Assembly (NCBI GenBank): GCA_038064675.1
Contig: JBBTSM010000002.1
Span: forward strand, 6,507-70,506
DNA: 64,000 nucleotides
Direction of reading: 5' to 3'
Source: Patescibacteria group bacterium
GTDB taxonomy: Bacteria > Patescibacteriota > Patescibacteriia > UBA9934
The notes below the pieces were generated by a model. The model was given only the letters and a program-made list of their open reading frames with translations. It was not told the origin of the DNA and searched no databases. The position numbers and the translations under genes are program-made. Shown here in pieces: positions 58,482-64,000 of this stretch. Position 1 is the first letter of the stretch, and each line of letters begins with the position of its first letter.

Positions 58482-58609
58482 GATCGGTACTCTTGTTTTG
58501 TGATTGTTTTCGTGTTCGGAAACCAAAAGAAGGGTAGCTCCCGGGAAAGATTATCGCAATCCTCAGTCATTTCTTGCCCCAAAGCCGTTCGTCGAGTACA
58601 CTCTTGGCC

Positions 58610-60643
58610 ATGAACATCTCTGAACTTGCCCGCCGGTTGCGGGTTTCTACTGAAGAATTGCGTTCCAAGCTGCCGGAGCTTGGTTTCGATATTGGTGGCA
58701 AGGCCATCAAAATTCCAGATCGCGACGCTGGCCGCATCATGAATGCATGGCAAGACTACAAAAAGCGCCAATACCTCCAGCAAAAAATGGAGAACCAGAA
58801 GGCACAGATGCTTCTCAAGGAGAAGGTAAAGTCTGGCGACGCGCCAAAGGTAAAGATCCCACCAACGCTTTCCGTGCGTGAATTTGCGGTTGCACTGAAC
58901 ATGCCGGTGGCGAAAGTCATGCAGGAACTCATGAAGGCCGGTATTTTGGCCAGCTTGAACGAACGTATTGACTACGAAACGGCGTCGATCGTGTCTGAGG
59001 ATCTTGGGTTCATCACCGAACCGATGGAATCAGCCGACGAGTCTGTTGATGCTCACGCGGCGGATCGTATGGCCGAGGTGAAGGAAGAGGAATCGCATCA
59101 TACGGAAAATCTTGTTGCTCGTCCGCCGGTTATTGTTGTTATGGGACACGTGGACCACGGTAAGACGCTTATTTTGGACACTATTCGAAAGACTCGCGTT
59201 ATCGACACGGAAGCTGGAGGAATTACGCAGCACATCGGTGCATATCAGGTGGAAAAGAACGGAAAGATGCTTACGTTTATTGATACTCCTGGCCACGAGG
59301 CGTTTACCGTGATGCGTTCGCGTGGTGCGAAGGTTGCGGACGTGGCGATTCTCGTTATTGCTGCAGACGACGGCATGCGCCCGCAGACTCGCGAGGCGAT
59401 CGACATCATTAAGGCTGCAAAACTCCCGTTTGTTGTTGCGATTAACAAGATGGATAAGCCGGGCGCAAACATCGAGCTTGTGAAGAGCCAGCTTGGTGAA
59501 CTTGGATTAACGCCAGAAGACTGGGGAGGGAAGACGATTTGTGTGCCGGTGTCTGCAAAGACTGGCGCAAACATCGATCAACTCCTCGATATGGTGTTGT
59601 TGGTTGCTGATCTTGAGAAAGAACACATCGTCGCAAATCCAAACCGCCACGCCGTTGGAACAATTATTGAATCGCACGTGGACAAGGGCCAGGGCCCTGT
59701 TGCGACGATCATCGTCCAAACCGGAACATTGCACGCCTCGGATATTCTTTCTGTGCAGGGCGTGAACTACGGTAAGGTTCGGGCAATGAAGTCGTTTGAC
59801 GGTAAAGCGATTAAAGAAGCGCCTCCTTCAACGCCGGTGATGATTCTTGGCTTTAAGGAAGCGCCTTCCGTTGGGGATATTTTGGAAGTTCCGGAAAACG
59901 CCGACGAATTGCAGACCATCAAGTCGCAGGCCACAAAGAAGAGTGCTGTTGGACAGATGACGGTAAAGACGACTAATCAAACAGAAGAGGAAGTGGAAGA
60001 GGACGGCAGCAAGGCGGTGCTTAATGTGTTCGTGAAGGCCGACATGCTTGGATCGCTCGAGGCAATTATCGGTATGTTGGAAAAGATCGACAACCCATAT
60101 GTTGGTTTGACGATTGTGGGAAAAGGTCTCGGAAACGTGACCGATGCAGAAGTTTTGCGTGCAGAGGCTGCGAACGCCGTGGTGCTTGCGTTCAATGTGA
60201 AGCCAACGCCGGCCGCGCACGAACTCGCTCGTGATAAGCATATCGCCGTCGAAGAATATTCGGTTATTTATAAGCTCTTCGAAAATACGGTCGAGCGACT
60301 GAAGAAGCTCATTCCTTCTGAAAAGATCCATACTGAAGTTGGTGTTGCCGAAGTGCTCGCGCTCTTCAAGAAGACTGACAAGGGCCATATCGTTGGCGCA
60401 AAGGTGAAGAAGGGCAAGCTTATTCCAGGTGCCATCGTTCGCGTGCTCCGCGAAGGAAAGATTGTGGGAGAGGGAAAGATTGAAGCGCTTCAGAGTGGGA
60501 AATCTGCAGTAAAGGATGTGCTTGCGGGCCAAGACTGTGGATTAAGTTTTGTGGGCAAGACAAAAATTGAAATCGGCGATATCCTTGAGGCCTACACCGA
60601 AGAGCTTCATGCCCGTACATTGAGTGTAGAGGGTGCAAAGTAG
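58610..60643 (+). CDS. infB: translation initiation factor IF-2
   Basis: RPPVIVVMGHVDHGKT, GGITQHIGAY, DTPGHEAF, NKMD. Confidence 0.97.
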   Translation: MNISELARRLRVSTEELRSKLPELGFDIGGKAIKIPDRDAGRIMNAWQDYKKRQYLQQKMENQKAQMLLKEKVKSGDAPKVKIPPTLSVREFAVALNMPVAKVMQELMKAGILASLNERIDYETASIVSEDLGFITEPMESADESVDAHAADRMAEVKEEESHHTENLVARPPVIVVMGHVDHGKTLILDTIRKTRVIDTEAGGITQHIGAYQVEKNGKMLTFIDTPGHEAFTVMRSRGAKVADVAILVIAADDGMRPQTREAIDIIKAAKLPFVVAINKMDKPGANIELVKSQLGELGLTPEDWGGKTICVPVSAKTGANIDQLLDMVLLVADLEKEHIVANPNRHAVGTIIESHVDKGQGPVATIIVQTGTLHASDILSVQGVNYGKVRAMKSFDGKAIKEAPPSTPVMILGFKEAPSVGDILEVPENADELQTIKSQATKKSAVGQMTVKTTNQTEEEVEEDGSKAVLNVFVKADMLGSLEAIIGMLEKIDNPYVGLTIVGKGLGNVTDAEVLRAEAANAVVLAFNVKPTPAAHELARDKHIAVEEYSVIYKLFENTVERLKKLIPSEKIHTEVGVAEVLALFKKTDKGHIVGAKVKKGKLIPGAIVRVLREGKIVGEGKIEALQSGKSAVKDVLAGQDCGLSFVGKTKIEIGDILEAYTEELHARTLSVEGAK

Positions 60644-60661
60644 TCATCGATAATTTTTTCT

Positions 60662-60973
60662 ATGCAAGAACTCAATTCATCGAACTTTGATGCAGTGGTG
60701 TTGCAGTCGTCGTCACCGGTGCTGATTGATTTCTGGGCGCCGTGGTGCGGTCCATGCAAGATGATGGCTCCAACGATTGAGGTATACGGCAATGAGCATC
60801 CAGAAATTCTCGTCGTTAAGGTGAATGTGGACGACGCACCAGACTTGGCACAGCGCTACAATGTGCTCTCCATCCCAACATTCATGGTGATGAAGGGTGG
60901 GGCAGTGGTTGAGCAGTTTGCCGGAGCAATGACGAAAGACGTTCTCGCAGAACGCGTTGCACGACATCTCTAG
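60662..60973 (+). CDS. trxA: thioredoxin
   Basis: DFWAPWCGPCK, SIPT. Confidence 0.96.
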   Translation: MQELNSSNFDAVVLQSSSPVLIDFWAPWCGPCKMMAPTIEVYGNEHPEILVVKVNVDDAPDLAQRYNVLSIPTFMVMKGGAVVEQFAGAMTKDVLAERVARHL

Positions 60974-61064
60974 GAAGTAAAAGTGAGGGCAGAGGGCAAT
61001 GAGCAAGGGAATTTCCATTGCCTCTGTCCTTCGCCCTCATTTTTCTGTTAAAATTTCCCCAACT

Positions 61065-61988
61065 ATGGAAACCCAAAACGTCGTGATTATCGGTTCTGGT
61101 CCTGCGGGCTACACTGCAGCAATTTATGCGGCACGCGCCAATCTTTCGCCAACGATGATCGCGGGTTTACAGCCTGGTGGACAGCTCACGCTTACATCCG
61201 ACGTGGAGAATTGGCCAGGCGAGGCTGACGGCGTTCTTGGGCCGGAACTGATGGAGAAGCTCAAGAAGCAGGCACTTCGTTTTGGTACCGAATTCATCGA
61301 CGATGTGGTAACTGAAGTCGTCGGAACTTCATCACCGTTTACGATCAAAACTGCAACGCGATCGATTCAATCGAAAGCCGTCATCATCGCGACCGGTGCG
61401 TCGGCGATGTGGCTTGGTGTTCCTGGGGAAGAACGATTGCAGGGTAAGGGTGTTTCCGCGTGCGCAACGTGCGATGGATTTTTCTTCCGCGGAAAAGAAA
61501 TCGTTGTGGTTGGCGGGGGAGACACGGCGATGGAAGAAGCGACGTTCTTGACTCGCTTCGCAAACAAGGTGACTATCGTTCACCGTCGCGAAGAGTTCCG
61601 TGCATCAAAAATCATGATCGATAAGGCCAAGAATAACCCAAAAATCGAGCTCGTGATGAACACGACAATTGAAGAAATTCTCGGCGACGATCACGTGACG
61701 AGCCTTCGAACACGAAATGTCGTCAGCGGCGAAGTTGGCGAGATCGTATGTGATGGAATCTTTATGGCCATCGGTCACAAGCCGAATACCGCAATCTTTA
61801 AAGGCCTCATCGATCTCGATGAAAAGGGTTATATCGTCACGAATCCTCGATCAACGGCGACGAATATTCCCGGAATTTTTGCTTGCGGCGACGTCGCGGA
61901 CCACGTCTATCGCCAGGCTGTTACCGCCGCCGGAACCGGATGCATGGCCGCGCTTGATGCTGAGCGATGGATTGAATCTCAGGAGTAA
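61065..61988 (+). CDS. trxB: thioredoxin-disulfide reductase
   Basis: IIGSGPAG, CATCDG, GGGDTA, HRREEFRA, YRQAVTAAG. Confidence 0.96.
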   Translation: METQNVVIIGSGPAGYTAAIYAARANLSPTMIAGLQPGGQLTLTSDVENWPGEADGVLGPELMEKLKKQALRFGTEFIDDVVTEVVGTSSPFTIKTATRSIQSKAVIIATGASAMWLGVPGEERLQGKGVSACATCDGFFFRGKEIVVVGGGDTAMEEATFLTRFANKVTIVHRREEFRASKIMIDKAKNNPKIELVMNTTIEEILGDDHVTSLRTRNVVSGEVGEIVCDGIFMAIGHKPNTAIFKGLIDLDEKGYIVTNPRSTATNIPGIFACGDVADHVYRQAVTAAGTGCMAALDAERWIESQE

Positions 61989-62207
61989 TCCTGGACGTTT
62001 TTCAGATTTTCGAGTATATTCTTACCGCTGTCCGCTTCGGTTGATCTCCCGGTATTCCAATTCCGTCCGTATTGGTTCGCTGAATGGAGCTTCGAAAGCG
62101 GACACCCTCCTCCTGACGACGAACGACCCGCACCCGTTCCGGCCGTCGTCGTGCACGAGCGCATTGCATTGTCGTAGTCTCGCGACGCCGATGACGCAGT
62201 GTGTCCC

Positions 62208-62684
62208 TATGGCGGGAGAGGCGCTATTGCTGGTGTGCCGATCAGAATTTCGTGCACCCCTTTGACGCCTTTCCCGTCATTCCCTTCCTTGAGTTCAGCG
62301 TTTCCACAATGATCGGAGCTCTTCCGCCTCAGATTGCTGAGCTACCGGATCACGGAAATGTTGGACTCACCCCTTATCCCTTGCGTTCAAGTTTTCTATT
62401 GAACATCGTTGCAACCTCAACCTCAAGTTGTTGTCAGCCCTGCACACTGAATGCAGCGTTTTTCGCAGAGATCGTGAACGTAGGGGGTTTCTTCCACTCG
62501 GCTGACGTCGAGTACACGCTTTGTTGAGCTTCGTGATGATGGTGCTGAGGGTCTCCGCATGTCCTTGGTTCCTCCGGATCTCGAAGTTCAACAAACTCTG
62601 CCCAGCGATGGGCACACGGTTCGGCCACTCCGGGGGTTCGCCTCGTTTGAGTGCTGGATAGTTCGGCGCGTTCTGTTGGTTCAT
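62208..62684 (-). pseudogene. possible decayed orphan gene
   Basis: protein-like minus-strand segments in different frames, interrupted by stops; no homology recognised. Confidence 0.25.
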
Positions 62685-62761
62685 CGCCTGGAGACTGATG
62701 GATTGATGGAACGCGCCGTTTTCGTTTTTTTGACACGTCCATTTCTGATATCATTCTCCAT

Positions 62762-64000
62762 ATGTCTGATGTCGGAGAACAAGTTTTCGAGAAAAACTAC
62801 ACCACCACACAACTCCTTCGAGATGTGTGGCATTTTCTTTCGCCGTATAAAGGCAAAGTGATTTTTGCGACGATTGCGCGATTGCTTGGCGACTTGGCAT
62901 GGCTGTATCCGGCGTGGGCGCTTGCGTTAACTATCGCATTCTGTGCAGGTTGGAAATCTGGTGATTCGTTGGGTCCAATTTGGATGATTTTTGGCTTATG
63001 GATTCTTGCCACTGTTACTCGATTGGTCGGTCAGTTTTGCGCAAGAATTTTCGGTTTTGCGGCCGGAGAGCGTGCCGCCCTTGATGCGCAGGCGCAATTT
63101 ATTAAACAGCTTTTCGCGCTCGACATGTCGTGGCACGAGCGCGAGAACGCTGGGAATAAAATGAAGCGCATTGAGCGGGGGAGCGATGCGATTGATCGGC
63201 TTTTACGTATTTGGATTAATAGCGCTATTGAAGTCGGCGTAAACCTTATTGGAACTGTCGTGATCATTGCGTTTGTTGATAGGACGATTGGGGTGATTAC
63301 TGGAATCTTTATTGGTGTATATAGCGTAATGTCGTGGTATTTGCTGAAGAAGGCTCGTGCTGCTGCGCAACAGGTGAACGCAAAAGAAGAAGAGTTGAGT
63401 GGAGCAATGTTTGAAGGCGCGAATAACATTCGCACGGTAAAGGTTCTTGGGATGTCGTCGTCGATCACGACGAAAATTCATCGAATCACCGCGGAAGTTT
63501 TTGATCGTGTGAAACATCGAATCTTCCGTTTTCAGACGCGGACGATTGTGTTGGGATCATGGTCCAATGGATTCAAGCTTGCGGTACTTCTCGCGATCGT
63601 ATTTGGGATTACTCGCGGATACTACGGCGTGAGTTTTTTAATTGTGTTTAACATGTACTTTGGTCGGGTGAACGAATCCGTTTCCGAGCTTTCGGATAAC
63701 GTTCAGGACTTTATTCTCGCGAAGCTCGCCATAGCGCGGATGCAGGAGGTGCTCAACGTGCCATCGTTTCCGGATGGTGAGCATGCAACACGAGCATTTC
63801 CTGCAAACTGGCAAACAATTTCCGTTCGCAATCTCTCGTTCTCTTATGGCGGGGATGAAGTACTTCATAATGTTTCGTTTGATCTTCGCCGTGGCGAGCG
63901 TATTGGTTTGGTTGGATTATCCGGAGCAGGGAAATCGACGCTCTTCAAGCTGTTGCTGAAGGAAAACGAAAATTATACGGGCGAGATTTTGGTGGACGAC
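62762..64000 (+). CDS. ABC transporter, fused permease and ATP-binding domains (runs off the window)
   Basis: MSDVGEQV..., several TM helices, 'NIRTVK', 'VRNLSFSYG', Walker A GLSGAGKST. Confidence 0.92.
   Translation, partial: MSDVGEQVFEKNYTTTQLLRDVWHFLSPYKGKVIFATIARLLGDLAWLYPAWALALTIAFCAGWKSGDSLGPIWMIFGLWILATVTRLVGQFCARIFGFAAGERAALDAQAQFIKQLFALDMSWHERENAGNKMKRIERGSDAIDRLLRIWINSAIEVGVNLIGTVVIIAFVDRTIGVITGIFIGVYSVMSWYLLKKARAAAQQVNAKEEELSGAMFEGANNIRTVKVLGMSSSITTKIHRITAEVFDRVKHRIFRFQTRTIVLGSWSNGFKLAVLLAIVFGITRGYYGVSFLIVFNMYFGRVNESVSELSDNVQDFILAKLAIARMQEVLNVPSFPDGEHATRAFPANWQTISVRNLSFSYGGDEVLHNVSFDLRRGERIGLVGLSGAGKSTLFKLLLKENENYTGEILVDD

Noticed and set aside
1-64000. Alternative genetic code 25 (TGA = Gly), as in some CPR lineages
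   Set aside because: Core genes are full length under code 11, and TGA terminates tsaD, tsaE, copA and sufU at the expected places.

Overview
A 64-kb chromosomal window from a bacterium whose gene content, short leaders and orphan-rich intergenic regions look like Patescibacteria/CPR (Parcubacteria-like; inferred, not proven). It reads in genetic code 11. The housekeeping backbone includes a suf-type Fe-S cluster, clpP, PadR plus a membrane partner, VanW, Hsp20, a copper operon (copA), SOD, tsaD/tsaE/rsmE, a PilB/GspE ATPase, ftsH, rpsA, gyrA, rpmF-nusB-rnc, HU, rny, truB, adk, infB, trxA/trxB and an ABC transporter, plus tRNA-Glu(TTC), tRNA-Arg(TCG) and tRNA-Lys(CTT). The most unusual features: (1) two large-serine-recombinase islands integrated in tandem at the tRNA-Glu 3' end, where the shared TCACCA core lies inside each recombinase gene, so excision would give each enzyme a different in-frame C-terminal tail; (2) a four-unit array at 56.9-58.6 kb of promoter, small Cys-rich ORF and conserved hairpin, with mosaic flanks; (3) a CutF/CruR-like Cys/Pro leader ORF and a 100-nt hairpin ahead of the copper operon; (4) a structured RNA leader with a tetraloop-receptor-like motif and alternative pairing next to a start codon; (5) a dispersed ~125-bp palindrome family with compensatory changes, and a ~345-nt folded intergenic element; (6) a sigma-region-4/alpha-CTD fusion gene inserted between two diverged copies of the rsmE 3' end. 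All calls come from reading the sequence; no database searches were run.
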